This document shows, one piece after another, positions 39,544 to 49,512 of a DNA stretch of 64,000 nucleotides. The notes below the pieces were generated by a model. It made no database searches. It worked only from the letters and a program-made list of their open reading frames with translations, and was not told where the DNA came from. Within the stretch, counting starts at the first letter, position 1; every line of letters begins with the position of its first letter. Origin of the DNA: an uncultured Bifidobacteriaceae bacterium (lineage in GTDB: Bacteria > Bacteroidota > Bacteroidia > UKL13-3); NCBI GenBank assembly GCA_964392775.1, contig CAYMRD010000007.1:67516-131515 (forward strand), in the 5' to 3' direction. Position numbers and translations under genes: made by a program.

Positions 39544-41601
39544 ATGTCAGATATCAATTCTCAAGACTTGAAACCGGGAGATCCTAACCGTCCTCAAAAA
39601 CCTAAGATGCCACAAGTTCCAAAATTCAACTTTTACTGGATTTACGGAATCATTGCTGTTATCTTCCTTGCTCTTCAGTTTATGCCTCATGATGTATCGC
39701 TTAAAACCACCTGGTACAAGGTGCAAAACGATATGATTATGACCAATGAGGTTGAGAAAATTGTGGTGGTGAATAAGGAGCGTGCTGAAATTTACCTTAA
39801 AAAAGAGGCGTTGACACAGGACAAATACAAGGAACTGCGCGACCGTGGTTTTTTTGGTGATGATATTGGTCCGCACTATTTCTTCGAAATTGGTGACGTT
39901 AACCAGTTCTCAACCGACCTTAATAATGCCCGTGCCGAGTATGAAAAAACGCATCCGGGGCAGCCTGTTCAGATTCCGGTTGAATACATTACCCAACGAA
40001 ACTATTTGGGTGATATCATCGGCTGGATTTTGCCTATAGCCTTGCTTATTGGTTTCTGGATGTTTGTGATGCGCAGAATGGGTGGTGGTGCCGGAGGAGG
40101 AGGACAATTGTTCAATATCGGTAAATCGAAAGCCCAACTGTTTGATAAAGACACGCTGGTAAAGGTTACTTTTAAAGATGTTGCGGGATTGGATGAAGCC
40201 AAGGTGGAAATCATGGAAATTGTGGATTTTCTGAAGAACCCTAAAAAATACACTAATCTGGGCGGTAAAATTCCGAAAGGTGCTTTGCTGGTTGGCCCTC
40301 CGGGTACCGGAAAAACTTTGCTGGCAAAAGCCGTTGCAGGTGAGGCCGGTGTTCCGTTTTTCTCATTATCAGGTTCTGATTTTGTGGAGATGTTTGTAGG
40401 CGTTGGAGCCAGCCGTGTACGTGATCTGTTCCGTCAGGCCAAAGAAAAAGCACCGTGTATTATTTTCATTGATGAGATTGATGCCGTAGGTCGTGCACGT
40501 GGTCGTAATGCTGTTCAGGGCGGAAACGATGAACGCGAAAATACTTTGAACCAATTATTGACCGAGATGGATGGTTTTGCCACCGATATCGGGGTAATCA
40601 TTTTGGCCGCTACTAACCGTCCTGATATTTTGGATGCAGCTTTGTTGCGTCCGGGTCGTTTCGACCGTCAGATTTCGATTGACAAGCCTGACTTAAACGG
40701 ACGTGAAGAAATCTTCAGGGTTCACTTGAAACCATTGAAGCTAAGTGCCGATGTTGATCCTGCTAAATTAGCTACGCAAACAGCCGGATTTGCCGGAGCC
40801 GATATTGCCAATGTATGTAATGAAGCAGCTTTGATTGCAGCACGCAGAAACAAGCCGGCTATCGAGATGCAGGATTTTCATGATGCTGTTGACCGTATCA
40901 TTGGTGGATTGGAAAAGAAAAATAAAATCATCAGTGCTGATGAAAAACAAATCATCGCTTACCACGAGTCAGGTCATGCCATTATGGGCTGGTTCCTCGA
41001 AGGATTGGATCCATTGGTAAAAGTATCAATTGTACCGCGTGGTGTAGCCGCTTTGGGTTATGCGCAATATTTACCTAAAGACCAGTATTTATACACCACC
41101 GAACAAATGAAAAACATGATGATGATGACGCTGGGCGGACGTGTGGCCGAAGACATCGTGTTCGGGCGCATCAGCACCGGAGCTCAAAACGATTTGGAGC
41201 GTATTACCAAAATGGCTTATGCCATGGTGAGTATTTATGGTATGAATGCCAAAGTGGGTAATGTATCGTTTTACGATCCTAACAATGAGTATGGATTTAC
41301 CAAGCCATACAGCGATAAAACCGCTGAGATGATTGATATTGAAGTGCGCAATATGATTGATGAATGTTATATAGCTACTAAAAAACTGCTCTCCGAAAAA
41401 CGCGATATGCTCGAAAAATTATCACACTTATTGCTCGAAAAGGAAATTTTATTCCCGCATGATCTGGAAGAAATTTTAGGTCCGCGACCTTTTGCTGAAC
41501 TGAAAGAAGAAGAAAAGAAACCAACAGTATTGAATGGTGTTGTACATGAAGAAACAACCGGTATTGTAACAACGCCAGCTGCTGATGAGCAGGCAGATTA
41601 G
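39544..41601 (+). CDS. ftsH: ATP-dependent zinc metalloprotease FtsH.
   Basis: Walker A GPPGTGKT, second region of homology, and the zinc-binding HESGHAI. Confidence 0.95.
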   Translation: MSDINSQDLKPGDPNRPQKPKMPQVPKFNFYWIYGIIAVIFLALQFMPHDVSLKTTWYKVQNDMIMTNEVEKIVVVNKERAEIYLKKEALTQDKYKELRDRGFFGDDIGPHYFFEIGDVNQFSTDLNNARAEYEKTHPGQPVQIPVEYITQRNYLGDIIGWILPIALLIGFWMFVMRRMGGGAGGGGQLFNIGKSKAQLFDKDTLVKVTFKDVAGLDEAKVEIMEIVDFLKNPKKYTNLGGKIPKGALLVGPPGTGKTLLAKAVAGEAGVPFFSLSGSDFVEMFVGVGASRVRDLFRQAKEKAPCIIFIDEIDAVGRARGRNAVQGGNDERENTLNQLLTEMDGFATDIGVIILAATNRPDILDAALLRPGRFDRQISIDKPDLNGREEIFRVHLKPLKLSADVDPAKLATQTAGFAGADIANVCNEAALIAARRNKPAIEMQDFHDAVDRIIGGLEKKNKIISADEKQIIAYHESGHAIMGWFLEGLDPLVKVSIVPRGVAALGYAQYLPKDQYLYTTEQMKNMMMMTLGGRVAEDIVFGRISTGAQNDLERITKMAYAMVSIYGMNAKVGNVSFYDPNNEYGFTKPYSDKTAEMIDIEVRNMIDECYIATKKLLSEKRDMLEKLSHLLLEKEILFPHDLEEILGPRPFAELKEEEKKPTVLNGVVHEETTGIVTTPAADEQAD

Positions 41602-41626
41602 TATATACTGATTAATATAAAAATGG

Positions 41627-41666
41627 GCTGTTTCAACTAGTTGAAACAGCCCATTTTTATTGTTAC
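41627..41666. terminator. Bidirectional terminator between ftsH and menB.
   Basis: aaaaatgggctgtttcaa-ctag-ttgaaacagcccattttt. The stem sequence is nearly identical to the pyk terminator at 29749. Confidence 0.75.
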
Positions 41667-41683
41667 ACTTCCATAAGTGAAAG

Positions 41684-42508
41684 CTATGGAAACTTAGGGA
41701 ACTTCTTAAAATCAGGCTTACGTTTTTCGAGGAATGAGTTTTTGCCTTCTTTGGCTTCTTCGCTCATGTAGTACAACAGAGTAGAGTTTCCGGCCAGCTC
41801 CTGAATACCCGCTTGACCATCCAGCTCTGCGTTAAATGCGCTTTTGAGCATTCGCAAGGCAATCGGACTTTTCTCCATTATTTTGCGGCACCAGTCAATG
41901 GTCGCATCTTCCAATGCTTCCAATGGAACCACTTTGTTTACCAAGCCCATATCCAATGCTTCTTGTGCATTGTATTGGTCGCACAGGTACCAAATTTCGC
42001 GTGCTTTCTTTTGTCCAACGATACGAGCCAGATATCCCGCTCCAAAGCCGCCATCAAAACTACCAACCTTTGGTCCGGTTTGACCAAATTTTGCATTTTC
42101 GGCAGCAATAGATAAGTCACAAATCACATGCAATACATGTCCGCCACCAATGGCCCAACCTGCCACCATAGCGATAACCGGCTTTGGTATTCTGCGAATC
42201 TGCATTTGCAGGTCCAGCACATTTAAGCGGGGAACACCATCTTTACCCACATATCCTCCATGTCCGCGTACACTTTGATCGCCACCACTGCAAAAGGCTT
42301 CTCCGCCTTCACCGGTTAAAATCACGCAGTATACATTTTCATCCTGACGGGCAAGTTCCATGGCTTCACTCATTTCCTTAACAGTAAGCGGAGTAAAAGC
42401 GTTGTGTTTTTCCGGTCGGTTGATGCTTATTTTGGCTATACCTTCGAAAAACGAATATTTAATTTCTTCGTATTCCTTAAGGGTTTCCCATGCGTATTTT
42501 GATTCCAT
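41684..42508 (-). CDS. menB: 1,4-dihydroxy-2-naphthoyl-CoA synthase.
   Basis: Crotonase fold with MenB-specific blocks, including [10 protein letters not shown]. Confidence 0.9.
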   Translation of the reverse strand: MESKYAWETLKEYEEIKYSFFEGIAKISINRPEKHNAFTPLTVKEMSEAMELARQDENVYCVILTGEGGEAFCSGGDQSVRGHGGYVGKDGVPRLNVLDLQMQIRRIPKPVIAMVAGWAIGGGHVLHVICDLSIAAENAKFGQTGPKVGSFDGGFGAGYLARIVGQKKAREIWYLCDQYNAQEALDMGLVNKVVPLEALEDATIDWCRKIMEKSPIALRMLKSAFNAELDGQAGIQELAGNSTLLYYMSEEAKEGKNSFLEKRKPDFKKFPKFP

Positions 42509-42516
42509 ATTCTAAG

Positions 42517-44184
42517 TTAGATTGACAATTGTTTAAACGTTTCAAAGTCGCGTGCGTTTTGCTCCGCATCAAACTTTAATTCGAGCATTGCAGCTTTTTT
42601 GCTGTTTGCAAAAAAACGAAGTGTTTGCTTCCAGCTTTTTAACGAGTCGCAAAAGTAATATTCCAACCCTTTTTGCAAAGCAATTTGTTGAAGCGAATGT
42701 GAATGTGGAGTGGTAAAGTAAGGTTGTTGTGCGGCATGTTTGGAAGGACCGTCAATCAACCTGAAAATACCACCTCCGTTATTGTTCCAAACTACCATTT
42801 TCAGGTTGTGCGGTACTGTATTCCACAAAGCGTTGATGTCATATAAAAAAGCCACATCACCACTCAGCAAATAGGTAGGCCTGTTGTTTGCCAAAGCAGC
42901 ACCAACAGCAGTTGAAGTGCATCCGTCAATGCCACTGGTACCGCGGTTGCCGTTCATCACCCAGCTTGGGTTTATATTGCCAGGGTAACTCAGGTAGCGA
43001 ATAATCGAACTATTGCCAACCTGCACGTTGGCGGCATCCGGAATATGCTTGAGCACCTGACGCATGGCCGAAAGTTCATTCCAGCGTTCGGTTTTCAGGT
43101 AGTCTTCGGCTGCTTTCCATATAACAGTATTGGCGGCCTGCCAAAGCAAGGCATAGTCAGAGTTGGAAGTTGGTTTGCTTAATGCACAACCAAACAACCA
43201 GAGAGCCGGATTGCCTTCAATTCGGTGTGTAACATTGTTGTAAGTGTTCACCTGCTCACCCGTAAGGTCAAACCGAATATGGGTAGTTGGTTTGATTTGT
43301 TGCAGCCACAATTTAAGTGATTTAGAAAGAACCGGCCCGCCCAATGAAACAATACAATCGGGCTCTAAGGCTTTGCACAAGGCAGCATCTGCTCTTAGCA
43401 AAAGGTAATCAAACTGTGCAGCCGTATTAAACTGATACTGGTTGGAGAGCACATCGCACACAATGGTTACATCGGGGTGCTTAGACAATTCAAGTAATAC
43501 TGCTGTCAACGAGCCATCCGGAGGGAGTTGTCCAACCAATACCATCTTGCGATATGATTGGCTCCAGAGGCGGGTAATCTTTTCTGAGTCTGCTTTAGAA
43601 ATGGAAGGTTGTGTGTATTCAACAGGGGCAATATCCGGTTGCTCACGCTTACGCGAAACGCTTGCCGGATATAGCGGTTCGCGCAAAGGAATATTCACGT
43701 GTACCGGACCTTTCACCGGACCCATGGACTGTTGAATAGCTTTCCGTATAACTTTAGCCGTTTCAGCAAAATCTTCTTTGCCATGCAGATAGCAGGGAAG
43801 TTCAAAGGCAGCCCGAACATGTTTTCCAAATACATTTTGCTGCATAATCATCTGTCCATCTTGCTGGTTAAGCAATTCGGGCGGCCTGTCGGCTGTGAGA
43901 ACCAGCAACGGAATTTTTTGGTAATAAGCTTCGGCAATGGCCGGAAAAAAATTGAGTACCGCAGTACCCGAAGTACAGATAAGTGCTACGGGCTTCCCCG
44001 TTTGTTGAGCTATACCCAGCGCCTGATACCCGGCACTGCGTTCATCCACTACGCTGTGACACCGAATACCCGATTGCGTAAAAGCAAATACAAGCGGTGC
44101 CGAACGTGAACCCGGACAAATAACCGCGTGTGCAATACCTGAGATTTCACACAGGTTAGATATGGTATAAACGTGTTGTTGCAT
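42517..44184 (-). CDS. menD: 2-succinyl-5-enolpyruvyl-6-hydroxy-3-cyclohexene-1-carboxylate synthase.
   Basis: 555 aa. ThDP-binding motif GDVAFLYDINALW...NNNGGGIF. Lies directly upstream of menB. Confidence 0.8.
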   Translation of the reverse strand: MQQHVYTISNLCEISGIAHAVICPGSRSAPLVFAFTQSGIRCHSVVDERSAGYQALGIAQQTGKPVALICTSGTAVLNFFPAIAEAYYQKIPLLVLTADRPPELLNQQDGQMIMQQNVFGKHVRAAFELPCYLHGKEDFAETAKVIRKAIQQSMGPVKGPVHVNIPLREPLYPASVSRKREQPDIAPVEYTQPSISKADSEKITRLWSQSYRKMVLVGQLPPDGSLTAVLLELSKHPDVTIVCDVLSNQYQFNTAAQFDYLLLRADAALCKALEPDCIVSLGGPVLSKSLKLWLQQIKPTTHIRFDLTGEQVNTYNNVTHRIEGNPALWLFGCALSKPTSNSDYALLWQAANTVIWKAAEDYLKTERWNELSAMRQVLKHIPDAANVQVGNSSIIRYLSYPGNINPSWVMNGNRGTSGIDGCTSTAVGAALANNRPTYLLSGDVAFLYDINALWNTVPHNLKMVVWNNNGGGIFRLIDGPSKHAAQQPYFTTPHSHSLQQIALQKGLEYYFCDSLKSWKQTLRFFANSKKAAMLELKFDAEQNARDFETFKQLSI

Positions 44185-44341
44185 ATTACGGGAGGCAAAT
44201 ATGCATCATTTGATCCTTATTTACCGCGTGTAGCTTGTGGTGTACATGGAATGAAAATATGCGTAAAACTCTGTTTGAAAACCGAAGGTATTTTATATTT
44301 TTGACGGCTTGAAATTTGATATAAGCGAAAGATTTCTAAGG

Positions 44342-45025
44342 ATGAAAAGAACTATAAGCGTATTTACACTGCTATTGCTCACGTTAACGGGATTTGCCCA
44401 GCATCAGGATCCTACCTCTCCGGGGTTTGATTTCAACTATCTGGACAGTACCGACACTGAACAAAGTGCTGATGAAGATGGGGAGGGTAAGGCTGAGGAT
44501 ACTCCTGCTAAGCCTTATGAGCGCATTGTATTGACAATGGATACGCTGACCAATTTGATTACCTATTCGGGTGTGGTAGAGCAGGAAGAGAGCAGCTCAG
44601 ACTCGCTTTATGCGCGCACCAAAACATTTGCAGCCAAAACATTTGTGGGCGTGGGTAAAGAATCCAAGGCGATGTTTGATGTTGACAAGAAAGGGCAAAA
44701 ATTAATTATCAATGGTGTATTACCGGCATACTCATACGGAAATAAGTATTCAAAAAAACTGATTGGTACGTACCAGTTTAAAATGACGGTACTCATCAAA
44801 GAAGGACGTTATAAATACATTATAACCAATCTGGTGCACGAGGGCATTAAACCCAATGTGGGAACCCCTTCCCGAAGCTATTTTGAATATTACTATACTA
44901 CAACAACGAATATCAAAGGCACAGATCAAATCTTGCGTTATGCTGATAAAGACATCAACGAGCTGATAGAGAATTACAAGAAGGCTATGAAAGAGCCTGT
45001 TTTGGTTGATGAAGACGAGTGGTAG
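44342..45025 (+). CDS. Secreted hypothetical protein (DUF4468-like).
   Basis: Signal peptide counted from MKRTISVF, then an acidic low-complexity stretch, then a beta-rich domain. Confidence 0.3.
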   Translation: MKRTISVFTLLLLTLTGFAQHQDPTSPGFDFNYLDSTDTEQSADEDGEGKAEDTPAKPYERIVLTMDTLTNLITYSGVVEQEESSSDSLYARTKTFAAKTFVGVGKESKAMFDVDKKGQKLIINGVLPAYSYGNKYSKKLIGTYQFKMTVLIKEGRYKYIITNLVHEGIKPNVGTPSRSYFEYYYTTTTNIKGTDQILRYADKDINELIENYKKAMKEPVLVDEDEW

Positions 45026-45042
45026 TGAAAACTAACTTATCG

Positions 45043-45786
45043 TTATTGTAAGAAGTAGAAATCGCCACGGCTGTACTGCACAGCTTCCTCAACGGGTAAG
45101 TAAACCAGTTTATCATTTTCTAGCTTATAGGGTTGATAGCCTAATGGCTTCAGTAATTCGATAATTGTTTTGCGGTGTTCCTCTGAACCCAGTTCAATTT
45201 GAATACCTGGCTTGAACCGGGATAAAATGTTTGTGAAATACGGCATCAAAATCACCTCATATCCTTCTACATCACATTTTATAAAATCCAATCGTGTAAG
45301 TGAGGAGAACAGTTCATCAGGTGTGCACATTTCTACTGAGTAAGTGTGTTGGGCTGATGTGTCTTCTCCGGGTTCCACTACATGCGTTAACCCATGGCGA
45401 AATACACCATCAATAATGGGTGTGCCCATAGTAATTGAACCCTTTTCGCCACCCAGCGCCACAGGATGCAAGGTTACATTGTGGCAGTTAAACCTGCGCA
45501 TGTTGGTTGTAAAAATATCCTGAAACAGTTTCACGGGTTCAACAGCATGCACGTGTCCTTCGCTTCCGCAAACACGTGATAACATTGTGCTGTAGTAACC
45601 AACATTGGCGCCAATATCAACGCATATAAACCCGGGTTTTACAATGGTTTTCAAATAAAACAGTTCGGGATATTTGCCTCGCATCATGCCGGCCTTAATC
45701 ATGCGGATGTATATCTGGCTAACCAGACTCAGGTAGCGCTCAGTACCCAGAGTTTTGAGCAACAATGCCCGTATTTTTTTCTCCAT
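45043..45786 (-). CDS. FkbM-family methyltransferase.
   Basis: VDIGANVGYYS motif and general FkbM layout. Confidence 0.7.
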   Translation of the reverse strand: MEKKIRALLLKTLGTERYLSLVSQIYIRMIKAGMMRGKYPELFYLKTIVKPGFICVDIGANVGYYSTMLSRVCGSEGHVHAVEPVKLFQDIFTTNMRRFNCHNVTLHPVALGGEKGSITMGTPIIDGVFRHGLTHVVEPGEDTSAQHTYSVEMCTPDELFSSLTRLDFIKCDVEGYEVILMPYFTNILSRFKPGIQIELGSEEHRKTIIELLKPLGYQPYKLENDKLVYLPVEEAVQYSRGDFYFLQ

Positions 45787-46025
45787 TATTTTACTTCTTC
45801 GTAATCAACGTATTCACCAATCTTTCCTGTTTCTGATTTACTCTTTTCCACTACCTTGGGATTTACTGTAACGGTTCCTTCCGGTTTTTTGTCAGGCTGC
45901 TTGTAGTGGTGGTGATGGGTGTCAAAGCGGTATACCTTTGTTTTAAAGGTGGTTCCGGTTATTCGCCCGGCAATCAGTCGATACAATACATAAAACACAA
46001 ACAGATAAAAGAAAAACTTTAACAT
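45786..46025 (-). CDS. DUF4834-like small membrane protein.
   Basis: 79 aa. N-terminal TM segment and a C-terminal acidic GEYVDYEEV tail. Confidence 0.4.
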   Translation of the reverse strand: MLKFFFYLFVFYVLYRLIAGRITGTTFKTKVYRFDTHHHHYKQPDKKPEGTVTVNPKVVEKSKSETGKIGEYVDYEEVK

Positions 46026-46133
46026 GGCTCAAAGTAGGTAATAGGGAGGCAAAATTACATTTTTTCTGCATTTGATGCAGCCTGATTCAAAACAGAATCA
46101 TCTTTAACCTTTATATACCCTACTTTTGCCGGA

Positions 46134-46508
46134 ATGGAAATGCAAGACCCCGAATTGTTTGATATGGATGAGGCCACGCGGATGAAGTGGTATAAGATAG
46201 TGTTTGCAATCAAAAAAGACTTTGGCAAAAAGCCCGATTTAAACGGACTATTATATCTTATAGGGATGCGTGAAATTGGCGCTGTGCGCGAATTTTCGAA
46301 AGATGAAAAGATGGATATGATGCATGTGGCAACCTGCGCGTTGATGAGTTTGGAAGGAATTTATGAGCTCGAAAAAACAGATGAAGACGGATGGCCGCAT
46401 TATGTGCAGAAAAAACAGTTGCCGTATGGGGAACTGCATCAACAAGAAAGCTTTTTGCGCAAGCTGATTGTAAAATACTTTGAACAAAACGAATTGCTGG
46501 AAGATTGA
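46134..46508 (+). CDS. Conserved hypothetical protein.
   Basis: 124 aa. Ends at the start of the downstream cyclophilin gene. Confidence 0.4.
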   Translation: MEMQDPELFDMDEATRMKWYKIVFAIKKDFGKKPDLNGLLYLIGMREIGAVREFSKDEKMDMMHVATCALMSLEGIYELEKTDEDGWPHYVQKKQLPYGELHQQESFLRKLIVKYFEQNELLED

Positions 46509-46509
46509 T

Positions 46510-47334
46510 ATGATAACAAAACGAACAATCCCATTTGTGTTTGCCGGGGTGCTTAGTATTTGGCTACTGGCGGGTTTTACCATCCCCGCACCGGTTGAGC
46601 AAAAGGTGGAAATTACAACCCGTTACGGAAAAATTATTGTAAAGCTCTACAATGAAACACCTCTTCACCGTGATAATTTTATTAAACTGGTGAAGGAAGG
46701 ATTTTATGACAGCTTGTTGTTTCACCGGGTGATTCCGAAGTTTACCATTCAAAGTGGAGACCCGGATTCTAAACTTGCCCCGGCCGGGCTTCCGCTTGGT
46801 AAAGGATTTGTCAGGTATACTATCCCTGCGGAGTTTAATTCAAAGTTATACAACAAACGCGGAGCGCTTGCAGCTTCGAGAGAAGAAAACGATCCAAAAG
46901 GGGAATCAAGCGGCTGCCAGTTTTACATTGTGGTGGGGCGTACCTATACGGTTGAAGAGATTAACATCATCATGAACCAAATCAACTACAACGCTAAAAC
47001 AAAACTTTTCACTGATATCATGCAATCGGATTCAATGCGTACAAAACTGCATGAGTTTACATTGCGTGGAGATAAGCAGGCCATGCATAAGTACATGCAG
47101 GAATTGCAACCTAAAGTTGATAGTATGTACGCTCCGCTTGAGCTCAGGTATACACCTGAACAGGTAATTACATATATGCAGGTTGGTGGCGCTCCTGAGC
47201 TGGACAGGTCCTATACGGTGTTTGGCGAGGTTGTTTCAGGGATGAACGTGGTGGATTCAATTGCCGGGGTAAAGTGCGATAGCCTCAACCGCCCCGTGGT
47301 TGATTTACGCATCCGCATGCGATTGATCAAATAA
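46510..47334 (+). CDS. Secreted cyclophilin-type peptidyl-prolyl isomerase, second paralog.
   Basis: FHRVIPKFTIQSGDP and GCQFYIV motifs. Start placed at MITKRTIPF. Confidence 0.8.
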   Translation: MITKRTIPFVFAGVLSIWLLAGFTIPAPVEQKVEITTRYGKIIVKLYNETPLHRDNFIKLVKEGFYDSLLFHRVIPKFTIQSGDPDSKLAPAGLPLGKGFVRYTIPAEFNSKLYNKRGALAASREENDPKGESSGCQFYIVVGRTYTVEEINIIMNQINYNAKTKLFTDIMQSDSMRTKLHEFTLRGDKQAMHKYMQELQPKVDSMYAPLELRYTPEQVITYMQVGGAPELDRSYTVFGEVVSGMNVVDSIAGVKCDSLNRPVVDLRIRMRLIK

Positions 47335-47339
47335 GAGGC

Positions 47340-47735
47340 TTAGTCCTCCATCATCGCTTCCCAGTACTCTTTGCCGTACGATACCAATACTTCTTCGCCA
47401 GCTTTAATGGTGCGCTTAGCGGTAATGTATGGTTTGTTTTTGATAACAGCATACTCGGCATTGTTACGTAAACCTTGCACTCTGCCCGGCCCCGAAGCAT
47501 CATTGGCGTAGCGGCCTAAAGCCCATAATGTATATTGGGCATCCACACAATTGCGGTCGGTTATATGAAAAAAATATGCGCCTTTACCTTCCATGGCATC
47601 ATTGCGTCTTAAGCATTCTTTCCAGGTTACTTTTTCGCCTTCATACTCACAAACAATTTCTCCTTTAGTAATTTCGGTGTCGGTAAACAATCCTTTTCCT
47701 GCCTTCGGCAGCTTCGATTTTTTAACAAATAACAT
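47340..47735 (-). CDS. SET-domain protein (putative protein-lysine methyltransferase).
   Basis: About 131 aa from MLFVKKSK. A GKGLF-type N-terminus, RYANDAS (NHS-like) and a C-terminal EELLVSYG-like EEVLVSYGKEYW are present. Confidence 0.65.
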   Translation of the reverse strand: MLFVKKSKLPKAGKGLFTDTEITKGEIVCEYEGEKVTWKECLRRNDAMEGKGAYFFHITDRNCVDAQYTLWALGRYANDASGPGRVQGLRNNAEYAVIKNKPYITAKRTIKAGEEVLVSYGKEYWEAMMED

Positions 47736-47813
47736 AAGTGGCGCGAAGATGCATTTTTTACCATTACCCGATTGTGATTTTTTGCTGTTTATTTGTCGAT
47801 AACATTTATCATT

Positions 47814-48572
47814 ATGCAAATTGTATCATACAACGTAAACGGAATTCGCTCGGCCGTAAGCAAAGGATTGCTCAACTGGATGGAAGAGCAAAGGGCAGAC
47901 GTATACTGTTTTCAGGAAACCAAAGCCGATGTTTCGCAACTCGACCTTAAACCATTTGAGTTGTTTGGTTACAAAAGCTATTGGTTCTCGGCTCAGAAAA
48001 AGGGATACAGTGGAGTGGCCATCTTTACCAAACATACTCCCGACAATGTGGTATATGGTTTTGGCAATGATACTTACGATGCCGAAGGCCGTTGGGTGCG
48101 TGTTGATTTTGGTGACTTATCCATTGCAAGTGTATACATTCCTTCGGGCTCGAGTGGGGAAGAACGACAAGCATACAAAATGAAATGGCTTGATTTTTTT
48201 GACGATTATATTCAGCAGTTGCGCAAAGAAAGACCCAAGCTGGTGGTGTGTGGCGATTACAATATTTGTCACCAGCCCATTGATATCCACGATCCGGTGA
48301 GCAATAAAAACAGCTCGGGTTTTTTGCCCGAAGAACGGGAGTGGATGAGTCGGTTTATCGACACCGGATTTATTGATACTTTCAGAAGATATCATCCCGA
48401 ACCTCATCAATACAGTTGGTGGACTTTTCGTGCCGGAGCACGCGAACGGAACAAAGGCTGGCGAATTGATTATTGCATGACCACACCCGATATCACAATA
48501 GAAGATGCCGGTATTTTGCAGCAGGTAAAACACAGCGATCACTGTCCGGTTTGGGTAAACATCAAAACATAA
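47814..48572 (+). CDS. xth: Exodeoxyribonuclease III.
   Basis: MQIVSYNVNGIRS, CFQETK and the C-terminal SDHCPV. Confidence 0.9.
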   Translation: MQIVSYNVNGIRSAVSKGLLNWMEEQRADVYCFQETKADVSQLDLKPFELFGYKSYWFSAQKKGYSGVAIFTKHTPDNVVYGFGNDTYDAEGRWVRVDFGDLSIASVYIPSGSSGEERQAYKMKWLDFFDDYIQQLRKERPKLVVCGDYNICHQPIDIHDPVSNKNSSGFLPEEREWMSRFIDTGFIDTFRRYHPEPHQYSWWTFRAGARERNKGWRIDYCMTTPDITIEDAGILQQVKHSDHCPVWVNIKT

Positions 48573-48662
48573 ACTATACTGCCTGTATAGTAATTAGTTA
48601 TATTCGAACTAAACATAGTGGAACACTATTTGAATACTCGCAACACCATATAGAACAAAGCC

Positions 48663-49463
48663 ATGAAAAAGTATGTATTGTTAGTTTCATTTGCCATAGT
48701 CGGCCTTGTTGCTCACAACCAAATAACGAGTCGTGAGGAAGTTATTTACGATGTTAAAAGACAATCAAACAAAGCCTTCACCTTTGGAGAGCGCCTGACT
48801 TACCGTGTTCATTACGGTATACTCAACGGAGGCTCATGCGAATTTGTGGTAGATGATGTTGCTGCAAGAATTGGCGATCACTCAACCTATCATTTAAAAG
48901 TTGCCGGAAAATCAACCGGTATGGTGGATCTGATGTTTGGCGTAAAAGACGAGTTTGAATCGTATATGGACGTGGATGCCCTGATTCCTTGGCAAGCCAC
49001 CAAAAAGGTGAAAGAAGGAAATTATAAAGATTCCGACTTCATCATTTTTGACCATAAGCGGAGGAAAGCCAACAGCAGAAGAGGCACACTGGATATTCCT
49101 GAAAACACTCAGGACATTATCTCGGCTATATACTACGCCCGCACCACCGATATGAGCAATGCCAAACCCGGTGATGTATTCCCGATTAACTTTTTCCTCG
49201 ATAATAAAAACTATGAGTTCCGCTTTAAGTATATTGGAAAAGAGGTAATTGAAACCGGGCTGGGAACCTTTAATGCATTGAAAATAAAACCACAGGTGGT
49301 TGAAGGCCGCGTGTTTAAAGATCAGCAAGCCATCACCATGTGGGTTACTGATGATGATAACCACTTGCCGCTCCGGGCACAATCGGATATATGGGTGGGC
49401 TCACTCAAAGCCGATTTGGTAAAAATGAGTGGAGTTCGAAATCCACTCACATCTAAACACTAA
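48663..49463 (+). CDS. Secreted DUF3108-like protein.
   Basis: Signal peptide present. Contains a GERLTYRVHYGILNGGSCEFVV block. Confidence 0.4.
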   Translation: MKKYVLLVSFAIVGLVAHNQITSREEVIYDVKRQSNKAFTFGERLTYRVHYGILNGGSCEFVVDDVAARIGDHSTYHLKVAGKSTGMVDLMFGVKDEFESYMDVDALIPWQATKKVKEGNYKDSDFIIFDHKRRKANSRRGTLDIPENTQDIISAIYYARTTDMSNAKPGDVFPINFFLDNKNYEFRFKYIGKEVIETGLGTFNALKIKPQVVEGRVFKDQQAITMWVTDDDNHLPLRAQSDIWVGSLKADLVKMSGVRNPLTSKH

Positions 49464-49465
49464 AA

Positions 49466-49502
49466 AAATCCCCATTCCGAAATATTCAGGATGGGGATTT
49501 TT
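49466..49502. terminator. Bidirectional terminator between the DUF3108 gene and polA.
   Basis: aaaaaatccccatcc...ggatggggattttt palindrome. Confidence 0.7.
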
Positions 49503-49512
49503 GTTGAAGTTC

